The notes below the pieces were generated by a model. That model was not told the DNA's origin. It saw only the letters and a list, made by a program, of their open reading frames with translations, and searched no databases. Source: Paramecium tetraurelia (taxonomy: Eukaryota). Taken from it: a DNA stretch of 64,000 nt. Of this stretch, positions 39,611-52,563 are shown in pieces. Position numbers and translations under genes: made by a program. How positions within the stretch are numbered: the first letter of the stretch is position 1; each line of letters begins with the position of its first letter. The stretch covers positions 124,001-188,000 of the forward strand of contig CT867990.1 of the NCBI GenBank assembly GCA_000165425.1, written 5' to 3'.

Positions 39611-41155
39611 ATGCAATAAAATCAAAAACCTCTGCTGATTATTGATTCCAGATACACACTCTATGACATGAGACAAAAAAGAGCATATAAATATAATGCA
39701 GTTCTGTAAAAATCATTTCTGCTGTTGTAAGAACATTTTCAAATATAAGTGATATTTTGTCACTCTAAACCTAATACAAATGACTTTTTTTATAATGAAT
39801 TTCAAAAGAATTTTAAGGATATCAACTCAAGAAAACTCTCAATCCAAGAATTAAAGGAGAGTTAATTTTAAAATCAAGAAATACTTATTGTAACTCATAA
39901 TTATGAATAATTCACTCTCACTTAGAATTATCAATTATACTATTTTTCTAGTGTCTCTTAAAAATTAAATAAGAAAAAGGAACTAGAACTTAAATATTAC
40001 CAACTAAATCCTAAAACAAAATTTCACGTATCGCACCTTCAATAAGTCATGTCATATTTTTCAAAATCAGAAAATCCTTTTTGCGTAGGCTATTATTTTT
40101 ACCCTAAAAAATTTAATGAACTGGTTCAGTTTGATATATTTATCAGCAACAGCAACTTTAATTATCTGCCCATAGACTTTAGGTTTTAAAATAAATATCA
40201 AGAAATTGATTTGTTATTTCATAAAATTATGGACATCTATAAGAGTAAGGAAATCAACATGAAATAAGATGAGGTTGAATTATTCTAATAAAATTATGAC
40301 AAATTCACAACAGAAAATGCCTATATTCCTGTAATAGACTCAACGGAATGCTTAGATATGTTAATCTAGCGAGACGAACTCAATACTAAATTAGAATCTA
40401 TCATTGTTAGTCCTGAATTTTAAAAGGCTGTTTAGGAACATCATATTAAAATTATGACCCCAGAATAAATAGTGTTCAACAATAATGACTAACCTTAAGA
40501 TTTGTCAAATTTGAAATATCCATTAATAGTAAAAAGTAAATAAGGAGCACTGACTGCTAATTGTCACATTATGGCTATAGTTATCAATGAAAAAGGACTC
40601 AAGGAGTTATTTAAGCATGAATAATTTAAGTATCAGATTATTTGTAGATTAGAGGATAATTAATTTTGCAGTAAATTATTAATCATAACAGCATTATATA
40701 CAAAATATATCAATTAGGAAGCAAAATGATAGTGTAAAAGCGTAAATCTATTCCGAATATAGAAATTAACAATTTCAAATTTGATGAAGTAACAAATAAT
40801 ATTTATTGGACTTAGGGTTTCTACATTTTTGACACTTAAAAAGACCTATTTAATAACGTTTCACAGTGTCTTATATAGGTTGATGAAGGAATTCATGAAT
40901 GTTCAAACGAAGCTTAATTGTTAAAGTAAATTGAATTATTATCTTCAATGATATCAAAGGAATTTAAACTACATCTGTTTGGATTTGATATTATAGGAAT
41001 GAATTGGGAATTTTATATAATTGATATTAATCATTTTCCAGGTTATAAAAATGTATGAAAGTTCACCACTATTATAGGTTGAGAATGTTAAAGAACTTTT
41101 TGAATAGTTATTTATATAAGCATCAAAGAAAAAGGATGATCAAATCCAAAAATGA
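39611..41155 (+). CDS. ITPK1: Inositol-tris/tetrakisphosphate kinase (ATP-grasp) with N-terminal extension
   Basis: VGYYFYPKK, DLLFHKIMD, YPLIVK, HIMAIV, INHNSIIYKIY, RKSIPN, LFGFDII, IIDINHFPGY. Confidence 0.88.
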
Positions 41156-41193
41156 TAATATATTATAAAAAATTTGTAAATTTTAATTGTTAA

Positions 41194-42258
41194 TCAAATT
41201 AATTTAGAAAATTCAGGAGCCAAATTTATGATTTCGATTTCTTCATCCTCATTTGATTATGGTGGTGCTCTTGTATTTCTTTTACTTGGGGTTGTCAGAA
41301 TATATGAAATTTATTTACTTTGCCTTCTAGGACTTATGTATTTAGAAGAAGAATTGTAAGAGAGTTTTGAGCTATTTTATTTATTATTCTCTCTAGGTTT
41401 ATATAAAAAGATCTAGTTGTAATGAATAATATGTTATTTTTTTGGGGACTTAGGAGTTTTAAGTGGGCTTTTCTTAGAACTCCTTTTTTGATTACACTTT
41501 CTACCAACACTTTATCTTTAAGAATCATTTGGACTACAAGCCCATAGTTTCATTCCAGATTATTATTACTATTAGGTTTAATCCTAGTATATTACTTCAG
41601 GCAATTCTTTGATTACTTATTCAATATCATTTTTATCTTGATTACTTGATATTTTCTATTTATCTTATCTCTGATTATAAATATTGAAAACTTCATTAGA
41701 TGTTTATTATTCACAATACTTTTGTAATTACTCAATTTTATGAATATGATCTCCATTATTTTTAGAATCCTAATTTTGTTTAGACTTTTCTTAAGAAATT
41801 AGTTATAATTCTTATTTCTACACCTTGGGCATATCAAACATTTTAAATTGTTCAGGCGATTAATTTTAATGAGACACCCTTTCAGTACTGTTATTATTTA
41901 TGTTAGATTGTCTCTTCTTTTGATAGAACCGTTCTTACGATTCGCTCATTATTTTTTCATGTGTTGAATTCACTTTAGTTAATTTTATGTCATTTAAGTC
42001 ACTGATGGGAGTTTCCCTGCTTGGTGTACAATCTGTGCCTTTGAAAGTAAACTTATTCTCTCTTATTGGTGTAGGATTTATTTTCACTAAAGAGTAAGAG
42101 AGTGGGCTAATTGTAGTCTTGGAGCTCAATCTGTAGAAGGAAGGAGAAAGGGATCGACAAGTAAATAAAGGCCTTGTGACAACAAATGCTGGGACAGGGT
42201 GGAATTTGCGATCGATAGAGCTGATATGTTAACGAATTTATTGAATCTGATATTGCAT
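41194..42258 (-). CDS. Hypothetical S/T/P-rich protein
   Basis: MQYQIQQIR... is open under table 6 to EFSKLI* and includes both ORF-track fragments. Confidence 0.6.
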
Positions 42259-43282
42259 TGTTTTATATATTAATGCATTCATCAAGAAACCCAATATTTC
42301 AAAACGAATATCCAAAAAGGCAAAAGTAAAAGGCTGCTTCTCTTTATAAATAACTCATTATAATAAAATAGGTATCAATAAAATTTATTTCTTTTTCTTT
42401 TAACCATTTTAATTTGATTTAATCTGTTTAATTAAGCCATTTGCGGGGTGGTTGACTTGGTATCTATTTGCTAATTAATTTCTTAATGATAAAAATATAT
42501 ACTTTTAAATACATCCCTAATAATAAAATATTTCCTAATTTATAAATTTCATAAAAAGTAACTTAAAATAATAAAATATTCAATTAAAATACTTCTTTTG
42601 ATGAATTCAATAGTTTTTAAGTTACTTTCTATTTTAAATAGACTAAATAACCTGAAAAACCAAATCTAGAAGACAGTAAATAATATTAAATAAAATTAAG
42701 CTAATTTGTGAAATAATTTTAAACAAAAATACATTTTTTTGATCGTTTTATTTCTATAAAGATTACTCTTAGCTTGTAAACACAAAACTAGGATTTTTAT
42801 ATTTATTTATTTATGAAGATTGATTTAAATTCCTTATTACAAAATAACAATATCGATTAAATTAACATTTTTATGAATTTAGAATAAAAAATGTCAGGAT
42901 GATTAGCACACTTGTTCTAAATGATTTTATCAGTATAATAATAATGCCCAAATTCTAATTCTTCTATCCACTGTTATAATTCCAATTTTTATTACAGGAA
43001 GTTCGGATATTTAAGTAAAATTCTAAATCAGAATGGAATGAAATATCATAAAATTAGGGTAAGAGTACAAATACGAACTCTAATAAAAATATGCTTATAT
43101 TAATAAATATAATTATAAAATGTCTAATGTGTAATAATTCAAATTTTAAATATTCAAAATGCATCTTGTAATTTCCAGATTAGAGTGAATAAAGAATTCT
43201 TTAAAGTGATTGGTATAGGGATATTTAGTGAGTTCTTTAATAAATAGAATTCATAAAAATAATTTGATAATATAATTTAAAA

Positions 43283-46200
43283 ATGAAAACGAAGGAGCTT
43301 TGGACATACACAATTGATAAGCCAACTGAGCCAAATTCAAATCTAACAAATCAAGTATTTGCTTGTGCTTTTTTAAAAGGTAAAGTAATGCGAGATTTGA
43401 TTAGATGGAGATGTTGTTGTTGCCGCTGTGGGAAATGCTTTGCTATTATTCGATACTTAAAAATCTGAAATGCTACGACCACCTATAAGAGGACAACATA
43501 AAGACACAATTACTTGTTTGGCTGCATCTAAGGATGGAAATAAAATGGTAACAGGGAGTGCGGATAAAACAGTTATTGTGTGGGGATTCAATATAGCAAG
43601 AGGTGAGAAGATGTTGGATGCAGAAAAATTCTTTTCACATAGTGAGGCTATATAATGCGTTGCTATCAGCCCTTTGATGTATTAGATATTTACAGGCTCA
43701 AATTAAGAGTACTCTTTATGGATTCCTGGAATGAGTAATATTGAAAGGTAAAAGTACAAGGACAAGATAATATGCGCAGCTTGGAGTGCTGATGGACAGT
43801 ATGTTTCTTTTGGGACAATCAATGGTATATTTGAGTTCTATTCACATTAGGACTGATTGTGATTACGGATAGATAAGCACATTAGTTGAAGGAGATTTAG
43901 ACTTAGAAGGGGGGACCAGTATGGTGTATGGAATGGACTCCGATAACTTCAGAGTATTAATAGTCTCAATTGACAATTGGAGTGTGGATGAATTCATTAT
44001 ATTAATTTGATTGCAATGGTTAATAAATTGGTGCTCGAACAGAATTGCCATTCGATCCCTTGCATATCAATTACTAGAATAATGGTGAGTATATGGCAAT
44101 AGCTGGAAATAATAATAAGATCAACCTCTATACAAGAGAGGGGGGATTCTTGATAGAAGCCTGTTCTCTTAATGACTGGATTTGGTGTACTAAAATAAAG
44201 CCAAAATCTACAGTAATTGTTTGTGGTACTAATGATGGTGACATTGTTGTATAAGAATTACTTTCAGAAAATGTTACTGCATTATATGATGATAAGTTTG
44301 TTTAGAGAGAGCAGTTAACAGATGCCATCATATTGTCAATGATTTCTAATTAGAAGGCAAGAATCAAATGTAAGGAATTAGTCAAAAGAGTGGCTATCTT
44401 CAAGGAGAAAGTGGCTATCTTATGTGGTATCAAGGTTTTGATTTACACTTGTGTTATTAAAGGGGATGATTACATGAAATACAAGCAATTCAAGAAATTT
44501 TAGAAGAGAGTGGATTGTGAGCATTTCTAATTGGCATCATCAAATGTTTTGATTGGAGCAGGCTAGAAATTAATTGCATTCAATTTTAATGGAGATATGG
44601 ACAAAACTTGGAGTTTTGAATCTCCAATTACTTTTGTTTCTTGTCAAGGTGGTGCACCTAAGAGAGAACTCGTATTGGTTGGGTTAGAGAATGGAGGTGT
44701 TTACAAAATCTTTTTGGATAACTCATTCCCTATTCAAATTCATAAGGTTAATACACCTATTAAATATTTGACTATGTCTTAAACCAAAAGAAAATTGGCA
44801 TTGATAGATGGCAATTAGAATTTATAAGTACTAGATACTATAAGTAAAGAAATTTTGTTTGGAGAAATGAGTGTTGAAGGTGTTGCCTTTAATCAAGAAT
44901 TTGAGGATTTGATTGCTTATTCTGGTAAGGGATTGTTATTTTTCAAATGCATTACATTCCCAGCTTTAAATTAAAAGATAACGGGTAATGTAATAGGGTT
45001 CAAGGGATGCAAATTGTTCCTTCAACATAACAACAAAGTCTAGACAATTGACATTTAATAAACAGCCAATATGCAGAGATATCTAGAAAAGAAGGACTTC
45101 TAGAATGCTTTGAAGATAGCTTGTCTTGGTGTAACAGAATAAGATATAAGGGCTTTGGGAATTGAGGCTTTGATTGCAGGGGAGTTTGAAATAGCAAGAA
45201 GAGTATAAAAGAGTATGATTATTTATAGTGTTTCTTGAGAAATAAGGACTACTAATTCATTGATTTGCTATTGAAATATGAGAAGAAAAATATGGACGCT
45301 CAAACACTGAATGAGTTGAACGCAGAGGCTTTGGCATATCAAGGGAGATTCATGGATGCTGGTAATCTCTTAATAAAGGTTGGGTAGGCTGATAGAGCAG
45401 TGTAGTTATTTAAGGAATTAAGGAGATGGGATGATGCCATAAGTAATTAATTATTGTAATGTAGACTTTGCTAAAAAGGGAGATGTTGCTTATAGGGCTG
45501 TGACATCTGGTGGACGAACTGGCACTGGAGTTAGAGCACCAACTTCATAGGGAAGAACAGGTACTGGTAGAGGTTAGGCAGTTATGCCATAACCATAAGA
45601 TATAGCCCCGCCTAAGATAGAAATGAATATGTTGTTGAGAGAACAAGCTGAATGGACCAAAGAATCTGGAGATTGGAAAGCAGCAGCTGATTTGTTTGTC
45701 ACTTGTGGAGAATATAAGAAAGCCATTGAATTATATGGTTAGAATAAAAATTTGGATGGATTGATCAATGTTTGCAGAATGTTGGACAGATAAGAGAATT
45801 CAGATAATATAGTTTTGTGTGCTAATTATTTCAAGAAACTCAAACATCATGGAGGAGCCAAAGAAGCTTATCTTAAATTAAATGATTTGAGGAATCTTAT
45901 GACTTTACATGTTGAATTTCAGAAATGGCAAGAAGCCTTTTAGATTGGAAGATCTAACAAAGAACTTCTTGAAATTGCCAAAGTACCCTATGCCGATTAC
46001 TTATTGCTAAATGATCGATATGAAGATGCTCTAAAAGCTTATAAGAGTGCTGGAAGATTTGATATCACAATGAAGATGACAAAAGACATGGCCAAAAATT
46101 GCATAGAAGAACAACGATATCATGATGCAAGTCAATACTTATGGAACTTAGCCATAGATTGCTTATCTCAAATTCAAGACTATTAGAATCCATCAGGAGA

Positions 46201-47138
46201 TGATGTAAAAGCTATCACTTAATATCGTGATTATAGTGATTTAGCAGATGTCTATTATGCATATCAAAAGATACACAGCTTCATCTGTGAACCATTTCAA
46301 CCTTTATCTGGTGAAAATTATTTCCTATAGATTATGAATTCTGCCAGGTTTATCATATCCAAATGGAAGAGCATCTATCAGGGAATAAAAATGAGTTACG
46401 TCTATTATGCTTTAGCCAAGTGTGCTATTCAACTCACTTGTTTCAAAACTGCTCGTACATGTTATGAAAAATTAAATGTACTTATTTGTCAATATGAAAT
46501 TTTAGCAATTCAAAATCCCTGCAGAATGGAGTGAAGAAATAGATCTTCAATCCTTATTAGTTAGATCAAAACCATATACAGATGATGAATCTAGATTACC
46601 ACTCTGTATGAGATGTTAGACTTACAATGCCATCATCAATGCAACTGAGAAATTGTCCGTTTGCAATGCTTGTTTGCATCCTCTTTTTTGTTCATTCATT
46701 AGTTTTGCTTCTCTACCACTTGTTGAATTCAAAGTTGATAATTCACTATCCAGAGAAGATGTGGAAAGATTGTTAAATAGTGAAAAAGTATTCCACAATA
46801 AGAGACCAGGTTAACCATTTCAAGATAAAATCAATGAAATTATTTAATAATAGCACACATCCTAAGATTAATATTTAGTTGTTGAATTGGATGAAGCTGC
46901 AATTCAATCACTATCACCAGAGGAGGTCTTGATTGTCGATTATAGATAATATTGCAGATCCATAGAAGTCAAATATTATAAAAATATGATTGGAGAGTAA
47001 CCTATTCATGTCTGTTCTGATTGTGGAAGATTTTTCTATGTTGACGAACATGAATTCGAATATGTCTAAAAGAAATGTTGTCCATTTTGTAGAATTTCAG
47101 ATAAAAAAATACCATAAAAGGATGTTTTTGATATTTGA
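43283..47138 (+). CDS. IFT122: Intraflagellar transport protein 122 (IFT-A)
   Basis: N-terminal WD40 repeats (HKDTITCLA...TGSADKTVIVW), ACLGVT, TPR-like region, YALAK...FKTARTCYEKL, RSKPYTDDE..LPLCMRC, SFISFASLPLVEF, terminal CPFCR. Confidence 0.93.
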
Positions 47139-47265
47139 AATAAAAATAAATAATTATAATTAATTGAGATATAATATTGTAGTACTCTTTTGTAAAGAAT
47201 CATCTCCAAATTTGAGATCATGTTTCTCGTTTTTAATAATATAGATTTTTTCTCGAACTCATAAA

Positions 47266-48790
47266 TCATTTAATATTTAAATTTACAAATAAGATAAATA
47301 TCTAGAGTATATTTTATCAAGCTCCGAAAGGAATTCCAATATTTTTATGAAAAGTAAATGTGAGTACTAGGATTAGATAATTATTTACCCTCTTCTTCAA
47401 GATGCAAGGTTTCAAATATTAATAGCCATGGCAATTCATAAGCTTTCTAAAATCTCTCCAGTTTCTCTTTGTTAAATCTACCTTAAAATATGCATTAAAC
47501 CTCTTCATCCTAAGTTAATTTAGTTGTTATAGTCAAAAATTCACTATTTCTATTCTCAAAAATCAAAATAATAAATATTTATAAAATACTAACAATGGTT
47601 TCTATTTTTTCATTGCATTTATAGTTTAACTTAATCTTTAAATCTTAATAGAGTAAAATTGCATGGTTTAAGAAATCGTTAAGATTGATGGTCTTTATTT
47701 TTAACTTGTTTTGCACATTAATCATTAAATGAACGAGAATAAGTTTTCTCTAGATCATTAAGTATTAAATCTCAAAAAATTATGCTCCTCTGATTTTCTC
47801 TAGTATTTTAACAATCAATTTGATAGCATTTCCAAATTGCTTTTGAATTGCAACTGGATTGATTTTATTTTCAAGAAAGAAATTTCTAAATATCAATAGG
47901 ATGGTGGGTTAATCGCCTTTATAGATAGAAATTTCAGTTCTGATAGTTTACTTTTAATAGTTTATTAAAATGGTTTCATTGAAGTTGTTATGTGTAGTCT
48001 TTTCGAATTCAATCATACTTTTATGGATAACATTTTGAAGTAAATTATTATGATAAGTGGCTGATCTGAGGAAATTCTGGGCTTCCTCTTATGTTTTAAA
48101 CATTTTCTCACAATTCTAAAAATTCTTGATCGTGTAACGCAAAGTGTCTTCTTAAAATTATAAAATCAAATAAGATTATTGAATTTACAGCTTTTATAGA
48201 ATTTCTTCCCATCGACAATCTGCCAAAGAGAGCAAATATTACGAGCGCTTTGCTTTATTGTATAAAAAATTGAAATAATTTATATACAGGATGAGTAACA
48301 TAGATGTAATAGGAGCTGAATATTAGACTGATTCGCATTTCACTAAAACCCAACTAATTCTAAATATTTAGAGGGAAATAATAGTTAACATCCCATCAAT
48401 GTACTCTCCTGTTAAAATTAGTAGATAACTTGCAGCCATTTAATTAACACCCTAAAGCATGGCCATCTAATTATCAACTTCTGATCTATCCTCGAAAACA
48501 ATGAAGTATATCGTCACAAAATGATTAAGTATTATGATGCCTACTCTAAGATACTTACTTTATTTCCAAAAAACACCTAATTATAAGCACAGATAAGAAA
48601 GAATAGTGATATTGAGATAAAAGGCGTACATATTGTCTTCGCTTATTGATTGGATTACTTTTATCAAGAACGCTAAAATAAAACCACTACTTATGGAGAT
48701 AAAAGTGATCAACCTTTTCGAATGTTGATTTTTTATTTGGTAGGATTCCTCAATTTGAGCATCTTTAAAAGATAAATAAAAACGATGCAT
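47266..48790 (-). CDS. Multi-pass membrane protein, function unknown
   Basis: MHRFYLSFKDAQIEESYQ followed by several hydrophobic segments and a soluble C-terminal half. The 3' end is approximate. Confidence 0.6.
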
Positions 48791-49159
48791 ATACAATTTA
48801 TGCAAATTGAAATAATAATTTATCATTAAAAATCATTAAAAAAAATTTAAAAACAGATTATTAAATTCTCTTATTCTAAATTCACTTTAAATCCAAGATG
48901 AATTTCATATACACAGGAGTCTAATGGGAGAGTTTATTTCTTATGAAGACGTAAACAGAAGAATTGTAAATGAACCAATTATATTAGGGTTTGAAATATA
49001 TAAATTTTAAAATAAACTTCACATTTATAATTGATTAAAAAAGATATGATTGAATATATAATATGTTATCATAAATCAATTAATAAATCAAATAATTTGT
49101 ATTTTTTTATGTTTAAATTCAAAAGTGAAATTTATGATTTACATTAATATTAAATACTA

Positions 49160-50831
49160 ATGGGGGTTTGTAGTTCAACAAAAAAATCTTCATCTAAGAA
49201 TTCTTAGGATAAATTTAATCCAGCCTTGGCCAACACAGCAGATGTTTAATAAACCTAAAGAGACCATGCTTCCACTTAAAATGAATAAAAAATTAATTAG
49301 AACTTAACCGTCCAGAGGAAGATTAGAAAGTCAGGAACGCTGAGCTACTTCGAATACAATCAGGATAAGCTCTAAGCTGAGAAACGCCCTTGTAAAATTT
49401 ACAATATGAATATTAGAAAATAATAAAAAAGTTGGATCCAGTGCTCCTCAATTGAAAATCAAGATCACTGACTCAATAGCATCAAAAGAGTACTCGGTGT
49501 ATAAAGGGCATGTGAAAATACCCACCAAGGCAACGCTTAGGGTTATGTAGCACAATAGCGATGGGCAACTAGTCGTTATGGAATAACTGCCTTACGATTA
49601 GGAAGGAAAGGACTATATTGACTGGCTCCAAAAAACAAACTTGGTATTTATATAGGTGAATGTAGGAGTTTTATCACATTGCTAAGGTTTAAGAAATCTT
49701 TGTTTATGGACACTAGTTTTAGATAATGCATGAATATTGCACAGGTGGTCCATTATCAGAGTTATTACATCACAAACTGTCTGAATAGGTGGTGTGTACC
49801 ATTTTGGATTAACTTTTTAAAATAGTCAACTTTCTTCATTAAAATAAGTTAACACACAATAAACTGACAATCGATAGTTTTTCATTTTATTACGATTTGT
49901 AAAATTATTTAATTAAGTTGACGGATTTAAGTAGTTTGCATAAGCCTCCTAGAGAGATTTCACTTTAGATTGCTTAATATGCCTCTCCTGAAGCTCTGAC
50001 ATCCAATAACCCTCATAGGTCAAATGACATTTGGTCTTTAGGAATTATTGCTTATCAATTAATGACTAGAAATTTAATTTATGAAGAAGATCAAGATTTA
50101 ACCAATATCCATGAGGTTAAAAAAGCAATTATCAAATGGACAAAAAAATATGAGATAAATGATGAAATATCTTAAGAGTTTGAAAATCTAATTTTGATGA
50201 TGTTAAATCCTGATAAAACCTTAAGACTTACTATAGAAGAATGCATAGACCAAGAATTTATCCAAAATTATCAATCTTAAAATTTGAATTGCCATTTCAA
50301 ACACCTTTTTACTAGCAGTTTCTGCGATAATCTGCAGAAATAATTTATGATTTATCTAATAAATAACTATGAGCGTTCTCACTAACAGGTCGGACGTAGA
50401 ATCTTCGATATTCTAGATAAAGATAAAGATGGGAAACTGAATATTTAAGAACTAGAAGACTTTAAACGAAGACTCAAGTAGGCGCAAGGATAAGAGAGGA
50501 ATATTTAAGTTATATAGAATTTAATAGATACTTAAAGTGAATTAGGATTAGAAGATTTCATCCTGATTATATCGAATAAATCTATATACTTAACACACCA
50601 CAATCTTGATCATAGTTTCGCTAAATTTGGTAACAAAAATTAAGAAGTCACTGTCAAAACTTTATCCAAAATTCTCAATATATAAGAGGAAGAATTGACT
50701 CAAGAATTCAAGAACCGCTAATTTTGTTATTAGGTAACTTACATTATTCTATATAGAATTATTGCATTCCTTTAGAAAAAGCATAATATGAATAGATATT
50801 AAATTCAATTTTAGAAGTTTAATCGGAATGA
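49160..50831 (+). CDS. CDPK-like pseudokinase A (kinase fold plus EF-hands)
   Basis: MGVCSS N-acylation motif, HEYCTGG, THNKLTIDSF (HRDLKPEN position), IKLTDLS, YASPE, NDIWSLG, EF loop LDKDKDGKLNIQEL. Confidence 0.8.
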
Positions 50832-50865
50832 TGATGAAAATTAATTGATTATATCATTAAAAATA

Positions 50866-51300
50866 ATGTTTAAATTGTAAAATTCTTCAGAAAACAGCCA
50901 CTAGTTCCTATTCTAATTAAAAAGATATCGTCCTTCCTTAACAATTCAAAGTGAACCAAACTATTTAATAACTAAATAACAAATTTCCGACCTTTTGAAC
51001 TTCAAATAGTCTGGCTATCCCCAAACAAGTCAGCCTGGAATACAAAGAAACTTGAGAATAAGACCTTCCTTAAAGTTAACCAAGATTACTCCATCTGTGA
51101 CTGAATTAGCCGATCACTTTACTCCAATTAAAAAGAGGACTATATCTCTAGGGAACTTGAAGAAAGTTGACTTCAACCCTTCAGTTTTGGTGATTTATTC
51201 AGAAAACGGAGTTAAGAAGAGAGAGAAGTTAATAGATGATTGTAAAGTTAAAAGGAAAGGTACGCGAAAAAACTGTATGATTTTAATTAAAAATAAATGA
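50866..51300 (+). CDS. Hypothetical basic protein (144 aa)
   Basis: ATG at 50866 is in frame with ORF-track 51052-51300. Confidence 0.6.
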
Positions 51301-51434
51301 GAATGCAAAAATCAACAATCTTGATTATAATATTGAGTATAGATTAAACAATCACATGTAAAAGCTTTTCTATATTTAATCTTTCACTTTCATGGCCTAT
51401 TAAGGTGTTAATTTATGATTAACACTTAATTTGA

Positions 51435-52477
51435 TCATAAATTTATCCAAATTCTAATTCTAAAATAATATATATTTTATTTTTACAAACTCTTTTAGCA
51501 TTGACTTTGACAATTTTATCATGACTCACTTTAACAGTTGTCGTAATCTCGTCCTTAGTATATTTTTCATCAATGCTTTCTCCACTTAACAATTAAATCT
51601 GGATGACCTCATTGACTAGCCGATTGAATTTCTATTCATCATAATGCAATCCTGTGGAATAATAGAAGTTCCGAATGCATTCTTATGGATCCTGATTCCT
51701 GTATACTGGAATATCCCCTATGTATTAACCAGATTAATAGAGCTTAATCTTTCCAATTGTGCAATTCTTATCGACTAATTGGTATTCGGATAACAAATCC
51801 ACTTGCATCTCATCTTCTAAGTCTTACAGAAAACTATTATTTTTATAGGCTTATGCTTTCCATAAGGCACTATCAATTTTACCCAATCGATTATAATTGA
51901 TCCAATCGTACAACCTAGTCATATACATTTCTATTGTTTGTTAAATGATGTCTGCAGTTTTTGAAATGATTGCTGCTGTCGTTGATATACTTAATTCCTA
52001 TAGTAATTTATGCGTCAAGGTGAAGGATGTGTCATCAAGAAACACAGGTAATTTTATAGTTCTATACTTTAGATCAAACTAGAGTGTGAGTAATTAAATT
52101 GACTATTTTAATTGTTATGGAGATTTGGACTTTGAGATGGTTACAGGTTACAGAGGTACTTTCTATTTAGAATTCCCATTTTTTTGGATGTCAATTTATA
52201 ATGTAGGAATGGGAGATTGCTTTGAGTAGGTTAAGTTTTAATCGGTATCTGATTCAATTATGGCTGATTTAATTTGTTGTTATTAATTCTCATCTGAAGA
52301 GTCTGGACTTGAACAATTTTGGAATGATCGGAATTGTTGTATTTAACTGTTATTTATTTAATTGCTGTTTTTCTTAAATTTTTTTCTGAATAGACCATTA
52401 TCAATTTTATTTGGATGAGTTTATCTTTCAGTGCCAGATGAACTACTAATAAAGGATGCTCTCAAAAATTCAGTCAT
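51435..52477 (-). CDS. Hypothetical protein
   Basis: MTEFLRASFISSSSG..., a low-complexity N-half and a globular-looking C-half (RLYDWINYNRLG...GDIPVY). Confidence 0.6.
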
Positions 52478-52563
52478 AACAAATTTTTAATTATAATATT
52501 AATAAAGAGGAAAAAACAACTAATTTTAATTGTGTTTTATATATAAATGAAGATTCGTTTTAA

